Under the pieces are notes generated by a model that searched no databases, was not told the origin of the DNA, and saw nothing but the letters and a program-made list of their open reading frames with translations. Shown here piece after piece: positions 1-8,972 of a stretch of 64,000 nucleotides of DNA (positions within the stretch are counted from its first letter, which is position 1; each line of letters begins with the position of its first letter). The position numbers were made by a program, and so were the translations under genes. The stretch spans positions 37,431 through 101,430 of the forward strand of contig VGJV01000004.1 of assembly GCA_016867315.1 (NCBI GenBank), read 5' to 3'. Source of the DNA: Candidatus Liptonbacteria bacterium (lineage in GTDB: Bacteria; Patescibacteriota; Minisyncoccia; UBA6257; 2-01-FULL-56-20).

Positions 1-1
1 T

Positions 2-592
2 TCCCTGTGGCTCCACTTAGATATTGCAGACGCCCGTTTCACGTTTAACAAAACGTGGGGAGACCCGCTTTCATGGCCGATATTCGGCAAAGGCTTCAAT
101 CTCGAAGTGCACCTTATGGTCGAGGAACCTGAAGAAGTAGTGGAAGCGTGGCTTCAGGCCGGAGCTAAACAGGTCGTGGTGCATGTAGAAGCGCTTGAAG
201 ATACTCGGTTTCGTAAACGTACGGAAGATCCGCTTTCTCTCGCATATGCGATAAAAGATGCCTGTGCAGCCAAAGGCGCGGAAGTTGTCCTGGGGATAAA
301 TTCGGAAACTTCACCCGAACATCTTTCCCCGTATCTTGGTTTTATCAGGAAATTCCTTGTGCTTTCCGTGCATCCCGGCCTTGCCGGCCAAAAATTCCTT
401 CCCGCTGCACTTCGCACAATTGAGTGGATTAAAAGAGAAGCCCCGCATGCTACAATTGAGGTGGATGGAGGCATTACTCCCGAGGTGGCGAAAAAAGTGA
501 AAGCTGCGGGAGCCGATGTCTTGATCGCGGCCAGTTTCATATTTAAGGAAAAAGATATTAAAAAGGCGATCGAAGCTTTGCAAAATGTCTAG
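2..592 (+). CDS. rpe: Ribulose-phosphate 3-epimerase (5' end outside window)
   Basis: Frame open from base 2: WLHLDIAD..., EVHLMV, SVHPGLAGQKF, IEVDGGI motifs. Confidence 0.93.
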   Translation, partial: SLWLHLDIADARFTFNKTWGDPLSWPIFGKGFNLEVHLMVEEPEEVVEAWLQAGAKQVVVHVEALEDTRFRKRTEDPLSLAYAIKDACAAKGAEVVLGINSETSPEHLSPYLGFIRKFLVLSVHPGLAGQKFLPAALRTIEWIKREAPHATIEVDGGITPEVAKKVKAAGADVLIAASFIFKEKDIKKAIEALQNV

Positions 593-818
593 CGGAACAT
601 CCTATAAAGGGGGGAATGTAAATCTCTTTTCAAGAAGGGTGGTGTTTGTAATATATCTCTGCCTTCTCGTGGCAATCGGAATAATCCTCACTCTCATAGT
701 GCAGAAGTTGGTGGAAACCCAGGAACAGCTCACTCGGGATAATGTAAATTTGGGCGAGCAGGTAACAAGGCTACTGGGAGAGGTGCAGACGTTAAAAGCA
801 GAGAAGCGAACTCGCTAA
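585..818 (+). CDS. Small hypothetical membrane protein (one TM helix plus coiled coil)
   Basis: 77-aa ORF coupled between rpe and tkt; hydrophobic stretch VVFVIYLCLLVAIGIILTLIV. Confidence 0.6.
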   Translation: MSSGTSYKGGNVNLFSRRVVFVIYLCLLVAIGIILTLIVQKLVETQEQLTRDNVNLGEQVTRLLGEVQTLKAEKRTR

Positions 819-826
819 TACTTCTC

Positions 827-1690
827 ATGGAGGCGTTACATGAAAAAAAGCTCCAATTTCTGGAGCTCATGACAAACCGCCTGAGACAGGAAGTGATTCG
901 AATAGTCTCGGGAGCGGGTTCCGGCCATATCGCCGGTCCTTTAGATACTGCGGAAATTTTTACGTCGATGTATTTTCATGTCCTCCAGCATGATCCTAAA
1001 CATCCGCATTGGGCGCATCGGGACAGGATGGTGGTCTCCTGCGGGCATTACTGTCCGATGTTCTATGCGACCCTTGCCCACGCGGGCTATTTCAAAGTGG
1101 AAGAATTAAAAACCTTGCGGCGCATTGATTCGCGTCTTCAGGGGCATCCTCATCGAAATGCGCTGCCGGGACTCGAAACCACTTCGGGGCCTTTGGGATC
1201 AGGAGTTTCTCAAGCGGCGGGGATGGCGCTTGCAGCACGCCTCGACCGGAAAAAGTGTCGCGTCTACTGCCTCACTTCAGATGGAGAACATCAGGAAGGG
1301 AACACCTGGGAAGGCATAATGTTTGCGGCAAAGCACCGCCTTTCGAATCTCACGGTAATCGTGGATCGCAACAACATTCAAATTGATGGCTATACCGAAG
1401 ATATCATGCCGCTCGAACCTTTTCGGGCGAAGTATGAAGCCTTTGGCTGGCACGTAGTAGAAGTGAACGGCCACGACATTCCGGCCTTTATTGGCGCGAT
1501 CGCCGAAGCTCAAGCGATTTATGAAAAACCCACGGTGATCATCGCGCACACGGTGGCGGCGAGAGGAGTGAGTTTTATGGAACGGGATTACTTATGGCAC
1601 TCTAAACCTTTTAAACCTGGCGAAGCGGAACAAGCCCTTAAAGAACTCAAGGCCGAGCAGGAAAAAATCGCGCAAAGCCACGAGAAATAG
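827..1690 (+). CDS. Transketolase, N-terminal (TPP-binding) subunit
   Basis: GSGH, SCGH, LQGHP, GPLGSG and SDGEHQEG...DRN TPP motif. Confidence 0.95.
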   Translation: MEALHEKKLQFLELMTNRLRQEVIRIVSGAGSGHIAGPLDTAEIFTSMYFHVLQHDPKHPHWAHRDRMVVSCGHYCPMFYATLAHAGYFKVEELKTLRRIDSRLQGHPHRNALPGLETTSGPLGSGVSQAAGMALAARLDRKKCRVYCLTSDGEHQEGNTWEGIMFAAKHRLSNLTVIVDRNNIQIDGYTEDIMPLEPFRAKYEAFGWHVVEVNGHDIPAFIGAIAEAQAIYEKPTVIIAHTVAARGVSFMERDYLWHSKPFKPGEAEQALKELKAEQEKIAQSHEK

Positions 1691-1705
1691 AAAATAGAAT
1701 CATTC

Positions 1706-2698
1706 ATGATTAATCCCGACGCACAACTAAATCCCAGTCTTTTTGAGGAAGACATTGCGCAAGTGCCTACGCGAAACGGCTATGGCGAGGGTTTGGTGCT
1801 TGCCGGCGAAGAAAATCCGAATGTCGTGGCGTTATGCGCAGATTTGAAAGAATCCACGCGCGTTGAAGCCTTCGCCAAAAAATTCCCCGAGCGTTTTGTA
1901 GAAATCGGCGTGGCCGAGCAAAACATGGCGACAGTGGCCGCGGGGCTGGGAGTCTCAGGCAAGATTCCGTTTATTTCTTCGTATGCGACCTTTTCTCCCG
2001 GCCGAAACTGGGAACAAATTCGGACGACCATTTGCTACAACGACTCCAATGTAAAGATTGCGGGGCACCACGCGGGAATTTCCGTGGGACCGGACGGTGC
2101 GACACACCAGGCAACGGAAGATATTGCCATGATGCGGGCACTTCCGAATATGCGGGTGATTGTGCCCTGTGATGCGATTGAAGCGCGGAAAGCAACGATG
2201 GCCGCGGCGCACATTTGGGGGCCGGTCTATCTCCGCTTTGCCCGAGAGAAGACTCCGGTCATCACGACGGATAGTACCCCTTTTGCTCCGGGCCGAATTC
2301 AGGTACTTTGGGAATCCAAAAAACCCGAAGTACTCGTGATCGGTGCGGGCCCTATCCTCGCGAATGCCCTCTTCGCGGCGCACGACTTGGAAAAAGAAAA
2401 AATAGGCACGATTGTGGTGAACTGCCACACTCTTAAGCCTTTGGACGAAAAGGGGATTATTGCTCTTGCGAAACGCGCAGAAGCGGTAGTTACGGTAGAA
2501 GAACATCAAATTACAGGGGGTTTGGGAGGGGCGGTGGCCGAAGCGCTCGCGAAACATCACCCCATCCCCATAGAATTCGTGGGCATGCATGACACATTTG
2601 GAGAATCTGGAACTCCCTCGGAACTCATGGAGAAATACGGAATGGGGGTGAAGGATATTCTCGCGGCAATCAAAAAAGTTATTCGCCGGAAAAAGTAA
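1706..2698 (+). CDS. Transketolase, C-terminal subunit
   Basis: GVAEQN, GPDGATHQ, VEEHQITGGLG motifs. Confidence 0.95.
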   Translation: MINPDAQLNPSLFEEDIAQVPTRNGYGEGLVLAGEENPNVVALCADLKESTRVEAFAKKFPERFVEIGVAEQNMATVAAGLGVSGKIPFISSYATFSPGRNWEQIRTTICYNDSNVKIAGHHAGISVGPDGATHQATEDIAMMRALPNMRVIVPCDAIEARKATMAAAHIWGPVYLRFAREKTPVITTDSTPFAPGRIQVLWESKKPEVLVIGAGPILANALFAAHDLEKEKIGTIVVNCHTLKPLDEKGIIALAKRAEAVVTVEEHQITGGLGGAVAEALAKHHPIPIEFVGMHDTFGESGTPSELMEKYGMGVKDILAAIKKVIRRKK

Positions 2699-2726
2699 CA
2701 ACTTCGGATTTTTTTAGAAAAACGCA

Positions 2727-2821
2727 GTCATGTTTCTGTCGGGGTGTCTCACCGTGCGACGGCACGAGAGTAAAGCGCTGCGAGAGTCACTCGCAGACAG
2801 CGGCCCCGACAGAAATATGAC
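2727..2821 (+). other. Multibranch stem-loop domain (18-bp closing stem, two internal hairpins)
   Basis: gtcatgtttctgtcgggg (2727-2744) pairs with ccccgacagaaatatgac (2804-2821) with one G-U; internal hairpins cgtgc/gcacg and ctgcgag/ctcgcag. Confidence 0.75.
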
Positions 2822-2832
2822 AAGTTCCCTAA

Positions 2833-2885
2833 TTGACGTTTTGAAGTAAAAGCTTTATAAACTGTAGCATCGCTTTTTGAAAAGC
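2833..2885 (+). promoter_or_regulatory. Putative sigma70 promoter followed by a boxA-like motif
   Basis: TTGACG (2833-2838), 17-nt spacer, TATAAA (2856-2861), then gctttttgaaaag. Confidence 0.6.
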
Positions 2886-3324
2886 TTACTCCTCCAGCGC
2901 TGAATCTTGATCGATTTAGTCGGGTCCCGTGAGGCCCAATTGCGTTTCCCAAAATTGCAATAAAAGCTGGAGGAGTTTCAAATGTGTCGGCGCAGGGTTG
3001 TGCCTTTCTTGAAGGATAGATCCTTCTGTTTGGTCTTGCTTGTGGCATTGGCGTGTCACTACAGCAATCCTGTCGCCGACCTTATCCGGTGGGTCAAGTA
3101 TAAAAACATGCCGCCAGCGTGGGCTTGGCTCGCCGGACCAATTTAGCGGTGAGTGTTCCGACCTTTTTAGGTTTGGTAAGCAAAATGATCGGAATCACCC
3201 TGCCGCGACAGTGGTGAAGTCTGGAATCCCTCGAGAGTTCCTCCTGCAAAAGAAACCCTCCTAGCTTCCAACTTCACCACCCAATTAAATAAGCCGTCTG
3301 CGTATCCGCAGCGGCTTTATTTTT
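2868..3324 (+). ncRNA. Candidate large structured ncRNA of unknown family (five tandem hairpin/multibranch domains)
   Basis: Closing stems 2888-2898/2966-2976, 2986-3000/3065-3080, 3085-3099/3123-3137, 3146-3161/3189-3206, 3211-3226/3266-3280; G-U pairs on + strand; bounded by promoter and terminator; no credible ORF. Confidence 0.6.
3291..3324 (+). terminator. Intrinsic terminator
   Basis: aagccg(t)ctgcg-tatc-cgcagcggctt followed by tattttt. Confidence 0.75.
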
Positions 3325-3378
3325 CCCCCCTAATTCCTGATTCTTTATTCCTAATTCTTGGAGTGGTACACTGCCGAC

Positions 3379-5019
3379 ATGCGCCGATCCTCGAAGATTC
3401 TCCTCGTCCTCTTTTTTGCGGGAGTGTTTCTGGCCTCGTTCAATCAGCTCAAAGAATCCGATAGTTTCTATCATCTGAAAGTGGGCCAGGTGATCTGGGA
3501 AACCCAATCCGTACCGGATCGGGATATTTTCTCCTACACCGCCCCAGGTTCTCCGTGGGTCACGCATGAGTGGCTCGCCGAGCTTCTCTTGTATGTAATT
3601 TATAAATTAGGAGGTTTCGGAGCGCTCATCGGTTTTGTGGCACTCCTCGCCACGTTCACCTATTGGCTTATTCTTCAAACTGCGCTTCGGCGCGGGGCAA
3701 ATATCGCCGTCACTCTCATAACCGCAATCTTTTTAGCGGCACTTACGTTCGAACTTTGGATTCCAAGACCTCAAGTCTTCGCGTTTCTTTGTTTTGGAGC
3801 CCTCCTATTTTTCCTCGAGGAATTTAGACGAGTGCGCAATCCCAAATTCCTTCTCGGAGTAGTGGGAATAATTTGGTTCTGGGCGAACGTGCACGCGAGT
3901 GTCCTTCTTGGTCTTGTGATATTACTCCTCTACGTCCTTTTCGAAGCTTTAAAACTCCAGTGGCCAGGGTTGGGAAGGGGATTGCCGCAGAAAGAAGTGA
4001 GACAACTTGCGGGGGGCGCAGGGATTGCGGTGCTCGCCTCGCTCGTGAATCCGAACTCCTACGAAATCTTTTTCTATCGTGCAGCGGTGGAGCCCGCCGT
4101 GCAGGCGCTCCAAGTACTCGAATGGAAATCGATATTTTACTTTTTACCCCAGCGGGAGCCCATTCTTTTTTTGATGCTCATGGTGTTCTCCTTGGCGGTA
4201 ATTCTTATGGGGCGATGGGTATCCGCGGGACGTAGAGATGTAACCTTAGTCGCCGCGACGCTTGCGGTATTTATTCTTCCCATTCTCTCCATTCGTCATG
4301 TCGGCTTGTGGCCGATCATTGCGATTCCTATAGTGGCCGTGGTACTCACGGAGTTTGGAGAGCATTGGTTGCGGCGTCTGAATCAACGGGGTCTCCGGTG
4401 GGGATTATATATAGGCCTCTCCTTGTTTTTGCTCGTAAGTATCGCACGGATACCCGGTACCTATGTACGCCGGGATACGCTGCCGGTGGGAGCTGCGGAG
4501 TTTGTTCTCAAAGAAAATCTTAAAGGGCCAATCTTAAACCTCTATAACGAAGGAGGATATCTTATTTGGAAGCTTTGGCCCAAAGAAAAAGTGTTTATAG
4601 ACGGAAGGTCGGAAGTCTACGACGCCGAAACCATTACGGATCTTTTTAGAATTGTAGGAAGGCAACGGGGTTGGGAGAATGTGCTGCTCGGGAAATATCA
4701 CGTGAACGTGGCCATTTTGCCGTACCGACATCCCTCGCTCGCGAGAGACACGGTGCCGCTCTCCTTTGCGCTTGAACAGAAAGGCTTTCACTTAGTGTAT
4801 TGGGATGATGCGGCCATGGTGCTTGTCCGAGAAAATATAGAGAACAGGCAATTTATCGAAAAATTCAGGCTGCGGATCATTCATCCTTTTCGCGATCCTC
4901 GCACGATTCCCGAGGAAGAAAGAAAGGCTGCTGGGGCGGAAATTCAGGCGCTTCTTTCCCGCGCTCCGGACTCCCCGAGCATTCAGGAATACGCGAAGTG
5001 GTTTCTCACAATTCCCTAG
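3379..5019 (+). CDS. Polytopic membrane protein, possibly GT-C-like glycosyltransferase
   Basis: About 11-12 TM segments; DSFYHLKVG...DIFSYT, HEWL, RPQ, WANVH and FIDGRSEVY motifs. Confidence 0.6.
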   Translation: MRRSSKILLVLFFAGVFLASFNQLKESDSFYHLKVGQVIWETQSVPDRDIFSYTAPGSPWVTHEWLAELLLYVIYKLGGFGALIGFVALLATFTYWLILQTALRRGANIAVTLITAIFLAALTFELWIPRPQVFAFLCFGALLFFLEEFRRVRNPKFLLGVVGIIWFWANVHASVLLGLVILLLYVLFEALKLQWPGLGRGLPQKEVRQLAGGAGIAVLASLVNPNSYEIFFYRAAVEPAVQALQVLEWKSIFYFLPQREPILFLMLMVFSLAVILMGRWVSAGRRDVTLVAATLAVFILPILSIRHVGLWPIIAIPIVAVVLTEFGEHWLRRLNQRGLRWGLYIGLSLFLLVSIARIPGTYVRRDTLPVGAAEFVLKENLKGPILNLYNEGGYLIWKLWPKEKVFIDGRSEVYDAETITDLFRIVGRQRGWENVLLGKYHVNVAILPYRHPSLARDTVPLSFALEQKGFHLVYWDDAAMVLVRENIENRQFIEKFRLRIIHPFRDPRTIPEEERKAAGAEIQALLSRAPDSPSIQEYAKWFLTIP

Positions 5020-5061
5020 CATATACAAATAGTTTCATATAGAGTATCTGCAGTTCGGTGC

Positions 5062-6039
5062 ATGGAGCCCGAATTAACAAGTATAAATATGAATGCTCTC
5101 ATTGTAGGCAAAGGAGCCATCGGCTCTTTTTTGGGGGATAGGCTTGTAGAGAACGGCTGGCAAGTCTCGTTCCTTACCTCGAGTGAGAGTGCATACTTTC
5201 ATAAGCGGGTAAGGGGAGCGGATGTGGTATTTGTAGCAATTTCCACTCGGGATGACGGGAGCGCGGCGCGTGCATATATCGAAGGAGCGCGCGAACATAA
5301 TATTCCCGTGGTGACGTGCGAAAAAGGCTCGCTCGCCAATCATTTTGACGCGTTAAAGCCGCATCTCTCGCAAATCGGATTCACGGCGACGGTGGGAGGA
5401 GGAAGTAAAATTCTTTCGCTCGTCACCGGAATAAACGAGAGAACCACGCGACTCTTAGGAATCCTGAACGGGACCCTCAATTTCCTTTTCTGGAAAGTGG
5501 GGAATAAACATGATCCTCACGAGGTATTCGAGGAGGCTCAAAAAAAGGGGTTATGCGAGCCGGGAAATCATTCGTTGGCAGAAGCAGTGCATGGAGAACT
5601 GAATGATGTGAAAGCAAAGGCAGCCATCCTCTTTAATGTAGCAGGATTATCTGCCGAACCTTTGCGTCCTACCGACTTCAGCTACTCTATACCTTCAGCC
5701 TGGGAAATAGCTCGCCTTTTGGATCGCGCAGGGAATATCAGATTCGTTGTGGAAATTTTCCGCGATACTTCGAGCAACCACCGCTTCGATTTCGAAGTGT
5801 TTCAGGCGAAACGCGAGGGCTGGCTGATTCGAGGAAACTTCGTGCGGATCGATACCTCGAATGATGACGTGCTTCGGGGCATGGCATATCTCACTCGGGA
5901 AGAGAAAAACACCTTGATTGTAGAAGATAGCTCTGGAAATTTGGAGGCTCGTACCGGCGTTGGGGCGGGACTCGAACCCACCACGAGCGTGATGATCGAG
6001 GATGCCTATCGGCTATTGGGTTTACAAAAACATTGCTAG
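5062..6039 (+). CDS. Homoserine dehydrogenase-like protein
   Basis: GKGAIG Rossmann motif, ATVGGG, GILNGTLNF, GLCEP, D-x-x-x-K (DVKAK), GAGLEPT. Confidence 0.8.
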   Translation: MEPELTSINMNALIVGKGAIGSFLGDRLVENGWQVSFLTSSESAYFHKRVRGADVVFVAISTRDDGSAARAYIEGAREHNIPVVTCEKGSLANHFDALKPHLSQIGFTATVGGGSKILSLVTGINERTTRLLGILNGTLNFLFWKVGNKHDPHEVFEEAQKKGLCEPGNHSLAEAVHGELNDVKAKAAILFNVAGLSAEPLRPTDFSYSIPSAWEIARLLDRAGNIRFVVEIFRDTSSNHRFDFEVFQAKREGWLIRGNFVRIDTSNDDVLRGMAYLTREEKNTLIVEDSSGNLEARTGVGAGLEPTTSVMIEDAYRLLGLQKHC

Positions 6040-6090
6040 TGCGCGTTTCTTTACCGGGCGCGCACTTTGCATTTCTGATATAATTTCGTT

Positions 6091-7086
6091 ATGAAATACG
6101 ACTTGATCTGCATTGGGGACGTAGTGATGGATGCGTTTATTGGATTGCATGAAGCCTCAGTGCATTGCGATTTGAATCATAGGCGATGTGAGCTTTGCAT
6201 GTCGTTTGCGGATAAAATTCCTTACGAATCGCTTACCATCGCCGCGGCAGTGGGGAATGCCTCAAATGTGGCGGTGGGAGCGAGCAGATTGGGATTAAAA
6301 ACCGCAATCCTTACTGCGGTAGGAAAAGACCAGTATGGGGAAGAAATTAAAGCGGTATACAGGAAAGAAAAGGTGGGCACTGAGTTTGTGAAAGTGAATC
6401 CGAAGAAGCCTACGAACTATCATTTTGTACTCACGTACAAAGCTGAGCGGACTATTCTGGTGAAACACGAAGAATTTGAGTACTACGACCCAAAATCGCT
6501 CGATGCGCGCACAAAGTGGATTTATTTTTCCTCGATAGGGGAACACACGCTGCCGTTACATCACAAAATTGCCGCTTACTTAAAACGCCACCCGGAGGTT
6601 CGGATGGGATTTAATCCGGGCACGTTTCAGCTTCGTTTTGGCGTCGAAGCGTTAAAGGGTATTTATGAGCACACCTATGTGCTCTTCGTAAACCGCGAAG
6701 AAGCCGAGCGCATGACGAAAAAAGGAAGCGGCACGGAAATTCCGGAGCTCATGAACGCCCTCCATGCGTTAGGGCCAAAGATTGTGGTGATTACCGATGG
6801 ACCGAATGGAGCATACGCCTCAGACGGCGCATGTCGCTACTTTATGCCGATGTACCCGGATCCGAAGCCGCCCATCTCCCGCACCGGCGCAGGGGACGCG
6901 TTCTCTACGGGATTCCTTTCGGCTTTGATCTACGGACTCCCTGTCCCCGAAGCGCTCGCCTGGGCGCCCATCGAGTCCATGCATGTCGTGCAATTCTTCG
7001 GGGCGCAAACGGGACTGCTCACTAAAAAACAACTTCTTCAATTTTTGAAAAAAGCCCCGAAGGATTACAAGCCTAAAGCCTTATAA
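6091..7086 (+). CDS. PfkB-family carbohydrate kinase
   Basis: GNASNVAVGASRLG, NREE, RTGAGDAF. Confidence 0.92.
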   Translation: MKYDLICIGDVVMDAFIGLHEASVHCDLNHRRCELCMSFADKIPYESLTIAAAVGNASNVAVGASRLGLKTAILTAVGKDQYGEEIKAVYRKEKVGTEFVKVNPKKPTNYHFVLTYKAERTILVKHEEFEYYDPKSLDARTKWIYFSSIGEHTLPLHHKIAAYLKRHPEVRMGFNPGTFQLRFGVEALKGIYEHTYVLFVNREEAERMTKKGSGTEIPELMNALHALGPKIVVITDGPNGAYASDGACRYFMPMYPDPKPPISRTGAGDAFSTGFLSALIYGLPVPEALAWAPIESMHVVQFFGAQTGLLTKKQLLQFLKKAPKDYKPKAL

Positions 7087-7166
7087 ATTTCTAATTCCTA
7101 GTTTCTAATGTCTAAAAGGAAAATCTGTTTAGGAATTAGGTTAATTAGTAATTAGGAATTAAAAAC

Positions 7167-8048
7167 ATGTCTTCTCCAAAAATAAGAAGTTTAAGAGAAA
7201 TATTGGCCGAAGTAGAGAACAAAAAAATTGCCCTTGGCCACTTCAATATTTCCGACCTTGTAGCGTTTAAGGCTATTAAAGATGGTGCGAAAGCGTTGAA
7301 CGTGCCGGTGATGGTGGGAGTCTCTGAAGGCGAACGGGAATTTGTGGGAATACATGCGGTGGCGGCCCTCGTGAAGTCCGCGAGAGAAGAGGGGATTGAA
7401 ATATTTTTGAATGCCGATCACACGCATTCCTTGGAAAAAGCCGAAGAAGCTGCGCGCGCAGGCTTCGACGAAGTCCTTTTCGATGGTTCGAAGCTTCCCA
7501 TGGAAGAAAATTTGAGACTCACGAAGCAGGCGGTAGAAATGATTCGCAAAATAAATCCCGAGATTGTGATCGAGGGAGAAATTGGATACATCGGAAGCTC
7601 CTCGGAAATTTTGAAAGAAAAGCCCCATGATCTCGCCCTGTCCACTCCCGGCGAAGCGCTTCGGTTTGTGCAGCAGACGGGAATAGATGTCCTCGCCCCC
7701 GCAGTGGGGAATATGCATGGCCTTTTGGAATCGATGGTACATGGGAACGAGCACAAACGGTTGGATATTCCTCGGATTGCGGAAATCAGCAACGCCGCAG
7801 GAGTCCCGCTTACGCTTCACGGCGGGTCGGGTACGGCCGATGAGGATTTCCGGGCTGCGATTCAGGCAGGCATCCGGATCATCCATGTGAACACGGAACT
7901 AAGGCTGGCGTGGCGAAAAGGATTGGAAGAAAGTTTGGAAAAAAGTATGTACGAAGTAGCCCCGTATAAAATCCTTCCGGGAGCCTACGAGGCAGTTCGA
8001 AAAGTAGTAGAGGAGAGACTTAAGCTTTTTAACGGACAGGGGAATTAA
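7167..8048 (+). CDS. fba: Class II fructose-bisphosphate aldolase
   Basis: NADH, EGEIG, GNMHG, LHGGSG motifs. Confidence 0.9.
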   Translation: MSSPKIRSLREILAEVENKKIALGHFNISDLVAFKAIKDGAKALNVPVMVGVSEGEREFVGIHAVAALVKSAREEGIEIFLNADHTHSLEKAEEAARAGFDEVLFDGSKLPMEENLRLTKQAVEMIRKINPEIVIEGEIGYIGSSSEILKEKPHDLALSTPGEALRFVQQTGIDVLAPAVGNMHGLLESMVHGNEHKRLDIPRIAEISNAAGVPLTLHGGSGTADEDFRAAIQAGIRIIHVNTELRLAWRKGLEESLEKSMYEVAPYKILPGAYEAVRKVVEERLKLFNGQGN

Positions 8049-8049
8049 A

Positions 8050-8084
8050 AAGGCGGTGGCTAGTTTCATCTAGCGCACCGCCTT
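8050..8084. terminator. Stem-loop after fba, probable terminator
   Basis: aaggcggtg-gctag...ctagc-g-caccgcctt inverted repeat. Confidence 0.55.
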
Positions 8085-8206
8085 CCTCTATTTGGAACGG
8101 GTGTTCCGTGTCTTGGGTGTCAGCAAATTGTGCAATGAGCAAGCTTATTGTAACATCTTTCGCCGGAGTTGCAAATCGAAAATAGCTTTGCTATCCTATG
8201 TGGGCT

Positions 8207-8884
8207 ATGGAACTCGCAGTAGAAAAGCGCGAAAAACTTGGAAGGGCGGTAAAGGCCTTGCGAAAGCAGGGTTTTATTCCGGCCGAACTTTACGGACACG
8301 GCATAGAGAACGTGCACTTGGCCGTTCCTGCAAAAGAATTCAATAAGGTGTTCCGGGAGGCGGGAGTAAACACTGTAGTGCAGCTGGTAGTGGGCAAGGA
8401 AAAACGCCCCGCGTTGGTGCAGGAAGTGGAGCGGGATTATTTGACCGACGAAGTGAGTCACGTGGATTTTTATCAGGTTCGCATGGACCAAAAGATCCGG
8501 GCGAAAGTCCCGTTGGAGTTTATAGGGATTGCTCCGGGCGTCCGCGACAAGGGAGGTATTCTAAACAAGAGCCTTTCGGAAATTGAAGTGGAAGCTCTGC
8601 CTGGAGATTTGCCGCACCGGCTTACTGCGGATGTAAGTTCTTTGGATGATTTGAATAAAACGTTATACGTCAAAGATTTGGCTATCCCCGCGGAAGTGAA
8701 AGTGCTCGTAGAGGGAGATACGGCCGTGGTGACGGTGATGCCCCCTATGGCTGAAGAGGTGAAGGAAGAAGCTCCGGTGGATCTTTCTGCAGTGAAGGTG
8801 GAAACTGAAGAAAAGAAAGCCGAACGCGCAAAAGAAAAGGAAGCAACCGGGGAAAAAGCCGCTCCCGAAACGTCTGCAAAGTAG
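8207..8884 (+). CDS. rplY: 50S ribosomal protein L25 (Ctc type)
   Basis: LRKQGFIPAELYG, HVDFYQV, extended Ctc C-terminal domain. Confidence 0.95.
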   Translation: MELAVEKREKLGRAVKALRKQGFIPAELYGHGIENVHLAVPAKEFNKVFREAGVNTVVQLVVGKEKRPALVQEVERDYLTDEVSHVDFYQVRMDQKIRAKVPLEFIGIAPGVRDKGGILNKSLSEIEVEALPGDLPHRLTADVSSLDDLNKTLYVKDLAIPAEVKVLVEGDTAVVTVMPPMAEEVKEEAPVDLSAVKVETEEKKAERAKEKEATGEKAAPETSAK

Positions 8885-8972
8885 TTTCGTTATCATAACG
8901 AAGGCACGTACCCGCCTTTGCGCGGGTTTGTTTTTAGAGAAATAGGCTTCAGGGTACAATAGAGCTACTTGC

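Noticed and set aside
2868-3324. RNase P RNA, tmRNA, SRP RNA or tRNA cluster; ORFs 2749-3048 and 3040-3264
   Set aside because: No GAGGAAAGUC, tmRNA termini, SRP loop or TTCG T-loops are visible on either strand; the short ORFs have no recognisable features.
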